This document shows, one piece after another, positions 1-12,200 of a stretch of DNA of 64,000 nt (positions within the stretch are counted from its first letter, which is position 1; each line of letters begins with the position of its first letter). The notes under the pieces were generated by a model. It worked only from the letters and a program-made list of their open reading frames with translations, did no database searches and was not told where the DNA came from. Origin of the DNA: Macrostomum lignano (lineage: Eukaryota); contig NIVC01000162.1 of assembly GCA_002269645.1 (NCBI GenBank), positions 124,001 through 188,000 on the forward strand, given 5' to 3'. Made by a program: the position numbers and the translations under genes.

Positions 1-46
1 CTTTTAGCGATTGAAATTTATGGGTAGTTTGGCGATTTCTCTGGGG

Positions 47-760
47 CAGTTCAGGTGTGAATCTGTGGCCAGTTCAGGTGTGAATCTGTGGCCAGTTCAG
101 GTGTGAATCTGTGGCCAGTTCAGGTGTGAATCTGTGGCCAGTTCAGGTGTGAATCTGTGGCCAGTTCAGGTGTGAATCTGTGGCCAGTTCAGGTGTGAAT
201 CTGTGGCCAGTTCAGGTGTGAATCTGTGGCCAGTTCAGGTGTGATTCTGGAGGCAGTTTAGAGATGATTCTAGGGGCAGTTCAGGGTGATTCTGGTGACA
301 GTTCAGGAGTGATTCTGGAAACAGTTCAGGAGTGATTCTGGAAACAGTTCAGGAGTGATTCTGGAGGCAGTTTAGAGATGATTCTAGGGGCAGTTCAGGA
401 GTGATTATGGAAACAGTTCAGGGGTGATTCTGGAAACAGTTCAGGAGTGATTCTGGAAACAGTTCAGGGGTGATTCTGGGGACAGTTCAGGGGTGATTCT
501 GGAAACAGTTAAGGGGTGATTCTGAGGACAGTTCAGGGGTGATTCTGAGGGCAGTTCAGGGGTGATTCTGGGGACAGTTCAGGGGTGATTCTGGTGACAG
601 TTCAGGGGTGATTCTGAGGGCAGTTCAGGGGTGATTCTGGGGACAGTTCAGGGGTGATTCTGAGGGCAGTTCAGGGGTGATTCTGGTGACAGTTCAGGGG
701 TGATTCTGAGGGCAGTTCAGGGTGATTCTGGTGACAGTTCAGGGGCAATTCTGAGAGCAC
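47..760. repeat. 23-bp minisatellite (CCAGTTCAGGTGTGAATCTGTGG and variants) in LARP1 intron
   Basis: Direct tandem copies visible; the unit drifts to CAGTTCAGGGGTGATTCTG(A/G)GG along the array. Confidence 0.95.
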
Positions 761-761
761 G

Positions 762-1068
762 ATCCTCACCCCAGAAACTCACGATTCTCACCCCAGAATC
801 TCACGATTCTCACCCCAGAAACTCACGATTCTCACTCCAGAATCTCACGATTCTCACCCCAGAAACTCACGATTCTTACCCCTAGAATCTCACGATTCTC
901 ACTCCAGAATCTCACGATTCTCACCCCAGAAACTCACGATTCTTACCCCCCAGAATCTCACGATTCTTACCCCCAGAATCTCACGATTCTTACCCCCAGA
1001 ATCTCACGATTCTTACCCCCAGAATCTCACGATTCTTACCCCAGAATCTCACGATTCTCACCCCAGAA
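762..1068. repeat. 22-23-bp minisatellite (CTCACGATTCTCACCCCAGAAT)
   Basis: Tandem copies; the unit contains the hairpin AGAATC-TCAC-GATTCT. Confidence 0.95.
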
Positions 1069-1355
1069 CAAAAAGTCGCTGATAATTGCTGAAAAGAACA
1101 AAAAATCGCTCAGTTATTTAAAATCGCCCAGCGATTAAAATTCGCTGGGGTGACAACACTGAATCTGAGGGCAGTTCAGGGGCAATTCTGTGAACAGTTC
1201 AGGGGCGGTTCTGAGGGCAGCTCAGGGTCTATATCGGGGAAGTTCGATGGCGATAATCAGGGTAACTCAGGGGTACCACTGAAGTGGTAGTTCAGGTGAT
1301 TCTACTGGTAACCATAGAAAGTACAAGGAATGACTTTAAAAGCTTCATCAGCTAC

Positions 1356-4300
1356 CTAAAGCTGCTACTAGTTGACGAAGTCCTGGACCGGGCGCGGTGC
1401 TCGCGAATGTCGAATAGATAACCGACACTCTGCTCAGCCAGTTGCTGCTGTTGCTGCTGCTGCTGATACCGACCGCCGCCTCCGCCTCCATAGGCGGGGT
1501 AAAACCTGCCGTACGGCGCCGCGCCGCCTTCGCCTCCGCCGCCGTCCTCGACACCGGCTGGCATCCCAGACGATGGCGCCGACTCCTCGGGCACCAGCCG
1601 GAGCCGCCTGCTATCACCGCCGCCACAGCCGTGACGCAGAATGGCCGCCTGATAGTCGGCGATGCCGTCACCAAGCCGCCTGGCCAGCTCGCGGGTCATC
1701 CGGCCGCCGCCGCCGCCTCCTCGCTGGTGCGGCGGACCCCGGCCCCGGCGGGACCCGGAGGCGGGCGCCACCACCAGCAGCCGGTTGATGTCGGCTTCGG
1801 ACACCTCGTCCTCTGTAGTGGAGATCGCCCGCACTCGGCTCCTGACTGGCTGCTGTTGCGCGGGCGCCGCCGGCTGCTGCGAATCGACAGGCTGGTCGGA
1901 GTCGAACTGGAAGTCGAAATCGTCCTGCTGACTGGGCCGCCTGACGGACTGGCCGTCTTCTGTGATATTTTTATCGATTAGTTCGATTTATTCTCCACCA
2001 GTGTGTCTACGCGTGACTACTCTTATAACAGTAGTAGAATTTGCATATGCAAAGATAAAAGCGCGTAAATTTCGCAAAATTTATACTACTAACGTCTGGT
2101 CGCAAACAGTAGTGCAAGAATATATTTTCAGGGGGGTCAATGGGGGTCAGTTGACCCTACCCAACAATTTGAGGCTGATGACCCATTTTTCAATGCCTCA
2201 TTCATTAAATTTTCAATCTGTTCGAAGTCAGCTTAGCCAAATATGAGCCGCAAGAATTTTTACAACGGCAGCTCAAAGCTAGATTAACCAACTTCTAAAT
2301 AAGTTTTACTATTCGATGCCATGGAATGTGCAGTTAGTACTATTGGATTTTTTAACTAGCGACTGCACAATGGAAGCATCGTATTTAACATTAACTCGAC
2401 TATGTATTAAACTGTAGGAGGAAGTCAAGCAAAAAACATTTGAGTCGCTGTTTTTTTTAAGTTAACAGCGGCTTTTTTTAACTCCCAAGCAGCACTGTCC
2501 GATGCCATGGAATGTGCGGTCAGTATTATCACAAGTGTTACTGGCGACCGCACAATGGAAGCATCGACCACACCCCAGGCCCTTTCAGTGGCCTGCCGCT
2601 ACCCTCCATGAGATCCTTCAGAGGCCTGCCGCTACCCTCCATGAGATCCTTCAGAGGCCTGCCGCTACCCTCCATCAGATCCTTCAGAGGCCTGCCGCTA
2701 CCCTCCATCAGATCCTTCAGAGGCCTGCCGCTACCCTCCATCAGATCCTTCAGAGGCCTGCCGCTACCCTCCATCAGATCCTTCAGAGGCCTGCGCTACC
2801 CTCCATCAGATCTTTCAGCGGCCTGCCGCTACCCTCCATCAGATCTTTCAGAGGCCTGCCGCTACCCTCCATCAGATCCTTCAGCGGCCTGCCCCTATCC
2901 TCCAACAGATCCTTCAGCGGCCTGCCCTACCCTCCAACAGATACTTCAGCGGCCTGCCCCTATCTTCTCTTCTTAGAGATTCTTCAGCAGCTTTCTATAC
3001 GCGTAGAACTTTATTCAAACGCAAAAGCAGCAATAATCAGCAGTTTTATAGATAGGGCCTGTGTGCACCCTGGCGCACTTTAAGCGACATTGTCACACTA
3101 CCGGAGGGAGGAATTACTGCCCATTCCGCCGACTCCTCTGAGCAGGCACACAAGCGCGCGGATACGTACGCAGTCAAACGCACAGGCACACACTCACACA
3201 GGAGTGTACAGCGGCCTATACTTTTTTATCGTTAGGCATGTACACTTCACTGTGCCTTGGGGGGTTGGTCCTCAAGGCCGTTAATTGCACAAGCAGAGCC
3301 AAGCCGAGATTCCAATTTATGTGATTGCACTGTGGAATCGAGCCTGGGCCACTGGCACATCTGAGCGCCGTGCCAGACCACTGGGCTACGGCACCCCAGC
3401 AATGAGCAAAAGCAACAAACTCACTAGAAGCAGCCACTGGCTCGGCAGTTGGCACAAACTCCGGCGCGTCAATATTTAGCTGAGCATCGTCATCCTGCTG
3501 AGCCTTGACTTTGGCCGCGTCGATTGGCCAACGCTTCGGATCGTCTCGCCGACGGACCCGATCCCTCTCGGGGCTGAGCTCCAGACTGTCGCTTTTCTCA
3601 ACGGCGACTGCGACATCCTCAGGATTGCCGTTGCATAAAAAATTAACCCGATTGAAGCCGGCCAGAGTCTGCACGCCTACGTAGCCTTCGCTGTCCATGA
3701 TGCTGCGCAGGAACAGGTCGTGATTAAGATTCTCGTCCGAGAAATAGAACTCAATTTGATGCCGGATCTGCTCCAATACGGCGTCGCACACGGCGTCGCT
3801 GTCGAAGTTCTCGGGAAAATAGTGCAGGCCGTTCACTATGACTGAGCGAGTGCCAGTGACCGGGTCTACGGCTTCTGACATTGGCGCCGTGTCTGGCGTT
3901 GGACCGCCGCTGGCGTACATCAGCGCCAGGCCCTCTGCAGTCAGGGATGGGGGCTAGTCTTGGAGTCTGAATAGGGCATCATCTGAGTCTGAATAGGGCA
4001 TCATCTGAGTCTGAATAGGGGATCATCTGAGTCTGAATAGGGGATCATCTGAGTCTGAATAGGGGATCATCTGAGTCTGAATAGGAGATCATCTTAGAAT
4101 ATCAATAGGGGATTATCTTACGAGAATATCAATAGGAATCGTCTTAGAATCTGGGGTCTAATCCTAAAATCCTGGGGTCTAATCCTAGAATCCTGGGGTC
4201 TAATCCTAGAATCCTGGGGTCTAATCCTAGAATCCTGGGGTCTAATCCTAAAATCCTGGGGTCTAATCCTAGAATCCTGGGGTCTAATCCTAGAATCCTG

Positions 4301-5744
4301 GGGTCTAATCCTAGAATCCTGGGGTCTAATCCTAGAATCCTGGGGTCTAATCCTAAAATCCTGGGGTCTAATCCTAGAATCCTGGGGTCTAATCCTAGAA
4401 TCCTGGGGTCTAATCCTAGAATCCTGGGGTCTAATCCTAGAATCCTGGGGTCTAATCTTAGAATCCTGAAGTCTAATCCTAGAATCCTGGAGTCTAATCC
4501 TAGAATACTGGGGTCTAATCCTAGAATACTGGAGTCTAATCTTAGAATCCTGGGGTCTAATCTTAGAATCCTGGGGTCTAATCTTAGAATTCTGGGGTCT
4601 AATCTTAGAATCCTGAAGTCTAATCTTAAAACTACACGCGGGTGATGCCCCAGGCCTCACCTGGCAATCTCGGATCAACAGCAGTAGAAGCCGGATTAAA
4701 ACCGGGCGCAGCGGGAGTCCCGCCGGCTACAGCTGCCGCAGGCGGCACACCAACAGGAAACGGTGGTGGAGGCGGAATTGATGGATTGTCGTAATAAGGC
4801 TGGTGGTAGAACCCACCGCCCGGCCCTCCAGCTGCTGGCAGGGCGGCGCCTGGAGTAGAGAATATGGCAAATAAAAACTTGAAGCGTGAGCAATTTTTTC
4901 AAATTGATTAATCCAGGCATCATTTCTCATATCGTAAGGTATCTTTTCTTATATTAAAATCCAAGATAAAATTCAGTAAGAAGCCATTTTTAATTCATCA
5001 ACATGCCATTTTCCGTTCAGTAAGGTGCCATTTCCTATTCAGCAAGATGCCATTTCCGTTCAGTAAGAAGCCATTTCCTATTCAATAAGGTGCCATTTTC
5101 CGTTCAGTAAGGTGCCATTTCCCATTCAGCAAGATGCCATTTCCGTTCAATAAGGTGCCATTTCCGTTCAGTAAGGTGCCATTTCCCATTCAGCAAGATG
5201 CCATTTCCGTTCAATAAGGTGCCATTTCCGTTCAGTAAGGTGCCATTTCCCATTCAGCAAGATGCCATTTCCGTTCAATAAGGTGCCATTTTCCGTTCAG
5301 TAAGGTGCCATTTCCCATTCAGCAAGATGCCATTTCCGTTCAATAAGGTGCCATTTCCGTTCAGTAAGGTACCATTTCCTATTCAATAAGGTGCCATTTT
5401 CCGTTCAGTAAGGTGTCATTTCCCATTCAGCAAGGTGTCATATGAAAAAAATGAGCCACAGTCCTTGCATCTTATTGCTGTCACTAATTAATAGAATCCC
5501 TAAAATTGCCCAATTAGCACACACAGCACTATTACTCACCCATCTCTGTGGGCCAGTTTGGCTGCATAAGGCCACCTCCCGGCTCCATAATTGGCTGCTG
5601 TGGCATCGGCCGGCCCCCGCCGCGGGGAAATCGTTGAAAAGGCCTGGTTCGACCTGCGCCGCCTCCGCTACGCTTGCTAGAGGTATTATTGGCTGGCTCA
5701 GGACCGCGCTGCACTGGACCATCAATGCCTTGGTGCTGCTCCAT
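1356..5744 (-). CDS. LARP1: La-related protein 1 (LARP1), 4 coding exons in window, 3' exons (DM15 region) expected off the left edge
   Basis: Phase-compatible GT-AG exons 5744-5540, 4849-4661, 3934-3425, 1959-1356. La motif IRHQIEFYFSDENLNHDLFLRSIMDSEGYV..LAGFNRV, then PAM2-like LNIDAPEFVP, then LARP1-type blocks QQDDFDFQFD, EVSEADINRLLVV, MTRELARRLGDG, RFYP and VGYLFDIREHR. The start Met is tentative. Confidence 0.9.
2583..2960. repeat. 33-bp minisatellite (CAGATCCTTCAGAGGCCTGCCGCTACCCTCCAT) in LARP1 intron
   Basis: Tandem copies; explains the repetitive ORFs 2502-3083, 2512-2976 and 2538-2774. Confidence 0.95.
3963..4626. repeat. 22-bp then 21-bp minisatellites (GAGTCTGAATAGGGGATCATCT; GGGGTCTAATCCTAGAATCCT) in LARP1 intron
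   Basis: Tandem copies fill almost all of the intron 4660-3935. Confidence 0.95.
4975..5435. repeat. 21-22-bp minisatellite (AAGGTGCCATTTCCGTTCAGT variants) in LARP1 intron
   Basis: Tandem copies with alternating variants. Confidence 0.9.
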
Positions 5745-6847
5745 GCACTTTTAGGCAATAAGTCTGCAGCCAATTATTTCTCCAGTTATTACAAGTCCAA
5801 TTATTACTTAGATAAAGTAAACTCTTAGATAATCATGCAAATTGCTTTTAATGCATTGGAAATTATAATGTTGAGAAGAATACTCTCAGCTGGGTTTAAA
5901 AGGTGCCGCTGGTGCTATAATAAAAATTTTTGATGCAATTTTATATTTGCAATACCCTATTAGTATAAAATACATTTGAGAAATACTTAACAACAAAACA
6001 ACAATATCTTGCATGAGAAAGGGCATTGACAAGGCAACTTGCCTCCTAGAATATTGATCAATATTCAAAAGATCTAGCCAATTGAATGTCTTCTAAAATT
6101 TAATAACCTAAACTGTAATACTAAAAGTATATATTGATAAATTATAAGGACTTAAAAATTCAAATAGTCTAAATTTCAATGTTGCATAAATAATATAAAA
6201 TAAAAAAAATTCTTTTCTTAGACAGGTTTAAAAAATCATAGCTTGTTCATTAATTATTGTAATTCAGACATACAAGCAATTTTTTAATAACTATTCACTA
6301 TTGCAATATTTAATTTTGTGTTATTGTTTTATATTACTAAATGCATATTATTTTCTTATCTTCATCATCTAGAGCATAAGAGCTTATTTTACAAACTAAT
6401 GAAGATTTTAACTCTAAGCATTGTGCTATATGCAAGAAGGCTCAAGTAGCCTTTTGTAAGTAGATATAAATATGCACTAGCTCTTTTGACTCTTGAATAT
6501 ACAATATGCTGTTTAAGAAAAAACTAATTCTATAACATAACTCTAATGGTAATGCTATTGCAAAAGAAATAAAAATGGATTATTTTTTCTTATTGTTAGT
6601 TTTATCTATCTATTAGACATTTGTTTGTTGCTTATGCTATTGTAAATATATTTTAAACTGCTATATTATATTGTTTGCATATGACAAGTTGTCTTGCTAT
6701 ACCATTGATCTTTAGCAGATATAGAAATAGTTTTATATTATATAAAAGAGTAAAAAAGACAAAAATATACATTTACTACCATATTTCTTATTTTAAAGAT
6801 AATTTACATATGTTTAAACTATAAGATTCAACTCTTTAGTAGAAATA

Positions 6848-7660
6848 CGAGGGGTGTCCCAAAAGTCGGTGCACTTTCTTCACTACAGCCTTTTCTGACT
6901 GATCAGAAATATTAAGTCTATTGCAGTTGAAAATAGAATTATCTGCCCATTAAAATGACTTTCTGTTTATTTCTGTATCTGCTGGCATTCTTGAGATATG
7001 AGCACTTTTCTGCCCCACCCCCTGTGCTACTTTTACAAATTGTCATAGACCAAAGCTTTGTACCTCATGCACAAAACAATGAAACATCCAACGAATCAAC
7101 AAAACATCTGCAACATGAAAGCTGAGGAACAGTTAAAAGTTAATCAACATTGTCTTAGGCTTCTCCACATAGTCACCACTGGGTGCACTGCACACTTCTG
7201 CCATCAGCTGTGCATGTCATTAATGTCGTCAATCAACAAAATCTGAGTGCGGCATCTCATGAAGGAGAATTTGGCGAGTCAATGCTTCCAGGCTCCTATG
7301 ACAAGCAAAGATTTGTCCATGCAGCAGCTTCTTCCTCTTTGGAAAGAAGGCAAAGTCAGCTGTTGACAAATCTGGAGAGTAGAGTGGCAGTGAGAGCAGC
7401 ACAAAATTTGCCTGCTTGATCGTCTCCTCCATTTTCTTGGCCATGTGGGACGTGCATTGTTGACATGCACAGCCGATGACAGAAGTGTGCAGCGCACCCA
7501 GTGGTGACTATGTGGAGAAGCCTCAGGACAATGTTGATTAACTTTTAACTGTTCTTTCCTCAGCTTTCATGTTGCGGATGTTTTGTTGATTCATTGAATG
7601 TTTCGTTGTTTTGTTTTGTCAGAAAAGGCTGTAGTGAAGAAAGTGCACCGACTTTTGGGA
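6848..7660. mobile_element. Degenerate mariner-type element with fold-back structure
   Basis: Starts TA|CGAGGGGTGTCCCAAAAGTCGGTGCAC; the 43-bp TCCCAAAAG..TTTTCTGAC has an exact inverted copy ending at 7660. Minus-strand remnants HVNNARP (HDNARPH-like) and PLYSPDLSTADFAFFP (YSPDL motif). Confidence 0.85.
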
Positions 7661-8027
7661 AAAAACAAAAAAAAGCAAAAACCATGTCTATATTATTATG
7701 ACTACAGTTATGGCAAAATCATATAGCTATAAAAATGCTATAAGTATGAATTCTAAATTCCAAAAATATTAATTTTGAACTTATTAGCCTACTAATAGTA
7801 AGCTATGGCCATACATGCGCAACAGTCGGCCGAGTCGGCCGATCCGGCCGACCAATTTGGCGGCCAACCAAGTAAGTTGCAAAATTGATTAACCGCCAAA
7901 AAACGAAAAAACAAAAGACGAAAAAAGAGAAAGGAAAAGGGAAAAAACGAGAAAAAGGGAGCAAAGAGAAAGAGAAAAACACAAAAAGAGTTGTAAGTGC
8001 TGTAAGTTGCAGCACTGAAGACAAGGT

Positions 8028-8935
8028 AAGTCGCACCGAGGGCGAGCTAAGTCGCACCGAGGGTGAGCTAAGTCGCACTAAGTCGCAGCAGGACCGAGCT
8101 AAGTCGCACCGAGGGCGAGCTAAGTCGCAGCAGGACCGAGCTAAGTCGCACCGAGGGCGAACTAAGTCGCACCGAGCGAGAGCTAAGTCGCACTAAGTCG
8201 CAGCAGGACCGAGCTAAGTCGCACCGAGGGCGAACTAAGTTGCACCGAGCGAGAGCTAAGTCGCACTAAGTCGCAGCAGGACCGAGCTAAGTCGCACCGA
8301 GGGCGAACTAAGTCGCACTGAGCGAGAGCTAAGTCGCACTAAGTCGCAGCAGGACCGAGCTAAGTCGCACCGAGGGCGAGCTAAGTCGCAGCAGGACCGA
8401 GCTAAGTCGCACCGAGGGCGAACTAAGTCGCAGCAGGACCGAGCTAAGTCGCACTAAGGGCGAGCTAAGTCGCACCGAGGGCGAGCTAAGTCGCAGCAGG
8501 ACCGAGCTAAGTCGCACCGAGGGCGAACTAAGTCGCACCGAGCGAGAGCTAAGTCGCACTAAGTCGCAGCAGGACCAAGCTAAGTCGCACCGAGGGCGAG
8601 CTAAGTTGCAGCAGGACCGAGCTAAGTCGCACTAAGGGCGAGCTAAGTCGCACCGAGGGCGAGCTAAGTCGCAGCAGGACCGAGCTAAGTCGCACCGAGG
8701 GCGAACTAAGTCGCACCGAGCGAGAGCTAAGTCGCACTAAGTCGCAGCAGGACCAAGCTAAGTCGCACCGAGGGCGAGCTAAGTTGCAGCAGGACCGCGC
8801 TAAGTCGCACCGAGGGCGAACTAAGTCGCACCGAGCGAGAGCTAAGTCGCACTGAGGGCGAGCTAAGTCGCAGCAGGACCGAGTAAGTCGCAGCAGGGCC
8901 GAGGTAAGTCGCAGCAGGACTGAGTTAAGTCGCAG
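8028..8935. repeat. Subterminal tandem array in the hAT element built on CTAAGTCGCA
   Basis: Mixed units GCTAAGTCGCACCGAGGGCGA and CTAAGTCGCAGCAGGACCGA with an approximately 220-bp higher-order duplication. Confidence 0.95.
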
Positions 8936-9284
8936 AGCGTCTTTAGGATTATTAGGATAGGATTAGTTTAGGATGAATTTAATGTATCACTTACTAGGGT
9001 GTAGGCTACGTGTGCATTAACGCATCAATTTGAAAAATTAAGAATTACGAAGCCAGAAATGGCTAAGGAATAGAAATAGGGATAGAATAACTTATAAGCA
9101 GTAATTTTTCAGCCCTATTGCAATTGCAAATCATACTTTTAATAATATTTAATTAGCAAATTAAAACTGCAAGATTCTAACGGTCTTATATATGAACTTA
9201 GAAGAACTGTAGTCTTAATGATTATGCATGTACCATTGTAATAATTGATTAAAATTGTAGCAGATTAAAACTGATAAAAAACTT

Positions 9285-12200
9285 TCAAAATAGTCCACTT
9301 AGCAAATCAGAATCAGAATCTTTATTTTCCTTGTCTACGTTGGATTCTTTTTGCCGTTGACCTCCAGGAGCATCAGAACGCCAGTGTTTTTTCAGCCAAT
9401 CATTGACATAAATATCTGGCTTAAATTTCATCAGCGGAGGCCCATTTATTCGAATCCGTAGTAGATGCTCCAATGTTTTTGGTGCCAAGCGTGTTCTCCT
9501 GTCATAGGCAATGTGCTTATAGATAGAAAACCCTCTTTCAGCCTCAGCTGATGACTTTGGCAAAGTTAACACAACCATAATTAGATTCTTTATTCTGGGC
9601 AGCCATTCAACAGTTCTTGTCTCTAGAAAGTGACTCCAAAATTTCACCGGACCTTTGCCTTTGTAGGCACAGAAGTCAACACTATGCGAAGTGATCAAAC
9701 TTTTTAGGAGTAGACCGAACTGACCAGAGATTGTCCTTTCTGTAGCGCGTTCTGAAGCATCTGCATCTCTAGAGTCTGAATCAGAAAGATGGTCCTCTGT
9801 TTCAGATTCAGAGCTGTCATCTTCCATTCCAAACCGTCTAGCAAGAGGTATGATTCTCGAACTGTATTTAAAGACAGTATGTAATGTTTCAGCATTAGGC
9901 AATAACACTGGGTTGAGCACATTAAATATTGAGTAGTCATCCTCAGGAAAATAATTACGCAGCTGATCAATTATGCTATCAATGATTCGACTGCGAATCT
10001 CATCCAGTGCTGGATAAGCTCCCATGTCAACAACACTGCCACGTCCACTAGCATCAAATAATCTATTTCTTAGAGATCTGTCTGCAGCAGAACCTGGTTG
10101 CTTCAACTCAAACCTCTCTGTTGGATCGCTGCTTCCAGGGCCGGAAGGACAAGCAAAGTTAGAATAAGATAGGTCTCTTGTGTGACATCCTGAATGGTAT
10201 TCCAGCTGCGGATATCCATCTGCAGTTCCCAAAACTCGACGACACTTGCAGGAAGCCAAAAAGTCCACAATGCGAGGACCATTGTTCATTTTTAAGGTTT
10301 CTAGTGAATGGATAAGGTTAGTGTGGCGTTCTTGCAAGCCAATAAATGTACCCTTGGCTCTTTGAAACTGCAAGGACTCAAATTCCAGTAATTTTAGAAT
10401 GTCCATGAGAAATAGATGTAATGAATAATACCGGACATTTTGCAATGTTTTCAATAATCCAGAGGCAGTTGCTTTACTTTCGTCATCAAAGCCTGAGGAA
10501 GGTGATTTGATATTTTCTAAATTTGTCAGAAGCAAGTAGTACGACTTTCGAATCACATCAAGAGCAGACACTTCCGATGCAACCCACCTGATGCGATATA
10601 TTCTTTTTAATTCATAGAAAACCAAGTTGAGTGCTTTCGAAGTTTGTGCCAAAGATGCCTTACGTTTAACAGCGTGGCTCATATAAAATTTGTGTAGAGA
10701 ATTTATATTCTTATCGAGATGTTGCATAAATGGGAAGATTTCAAAGGCATGATAGATTGAAAGTTCTAACTTATGCGCTGCACAATGGTGCTGAAAAAAT
10801 TGTTTGCTAGCCCAAGGCCTCAGTTGACTTATTAATCCCACTCGACTTCCTGTCATTACGGATGCACCATCAGTTGTCACCCCCATAGCCTTCGTTTGAT
10901 TTCATCTTCTAGCTTGTCATCCGAAAATAAACGGATGAGAAGTTCATAAATGCTTCGTCCAGTCTCTACTTCAGTCAGACATTTAAACCGATAAAAAACA
11001 TCAAAGGTTGGCTGTTTTCAAGAACTCTGAAGTATATCATGATGTAGCTGTTTGAATGAATATCAGACGTTGTATCTAGTACAATAGAAATCGGAAGATT
11101 GTCAGCACTTTTAATGTAATTCACAAATGTCCGATGCATTGTATTACTGATTGATTCCACCATTGCTGCGGCACTTTTGCGATGCTTATGATGGCTCCCC
11201 ATATCCAACCCATTTTTTACTTGTAATCAATCATATTTGGATGAGCACTGAATGGAATATTAGATTTGACTTCGGCATAAACTGTTGTCAAAACTCGGGC
11301 TGTTATTTCATCTCGTTTAGTTTTAGCTAGTCTAGCGGCCTCATTCATCTGTTTGAGTTGCTTTGCAAGAACTGAAGTATGTTTTTCTTTCATCCACTTT
11401 ATGGCATCACTGTGAAGTGTATTTGATGAATGTTCCTGTAGTTTTCTTCGTACGCTATCTTTTGCATGACCTTTGGGAATGTAGCCTTGTTCTGTTGCAA
11501 AAGTTAACTTACGTTGGCTCTCTAGATTTGTCTCCTTTTTCTTATGTGCATTCAAAAATTTTCTGCAGATCCGACATTGTATTCCAGATCTTGATAGATC
11601 TTCGGTGTTTTGAACATATTGAAACCATGTCTTCATTTCTTGTGACACAAATTTTCTTGAAAATGATCTGCAATGGTCAAATTAGAGAATATTTTGGGAT
11701 TTGGACTATTTGTGAGTATTTAAAAGCAATATGCTAATAAGTGCAATACACAATACACTATACATTAATTTACAGTTCGTCAGTTTCCATTTACTTACTG
11801 TGACTGGTGCATCTCCAAAGAATGTAACCACTCCTCTCGAAAACCAGATGTATCCTCCCAGTCCTTTTTAGGGACAACTTCAATATTTTCGCCCATCATA
11901 GAGGAAGACAAGGGCTTTGATGCTGAAGTGGCTAGACATGCGTCTGCAGATGTGCTTATACATGGTATTTTTCTTTGCGATGGCCCTGCTTCTGCAGTAT
12001 TTACTTGTACTATTTCAACATCACTTGAACCCCTTGAGTCGCTCGAATCTAAATCAACAATAGGACTTTGGCAAAGTGATCGTTTCGTTGATTGTCTTTG
12101 AATATTTACTTGCCTAATAATTTCCACTTGTAGTTTGCTTGTTTGCTGGTCATTCTCCAACAACTCTCTTCTTTCCTGTACATTTGCAGCAGAGCAAAAA

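Noticed and set aside
1372-1981. Plus-strand ORFs of 138 and 179 aa, one with a Leu-rich start
   Set aside because: Antisense shadows of the GC-rich LARP1 exon.
4150-4626. Hairpin CTGGG-GTCTAAT-CCTAG resembling an amber (CUA) anticodon arm
   Set aside because: Purine at loop position 32, it forms on the strand opposite the LARP1 transcript, and it occurs in only one array; likely chance.
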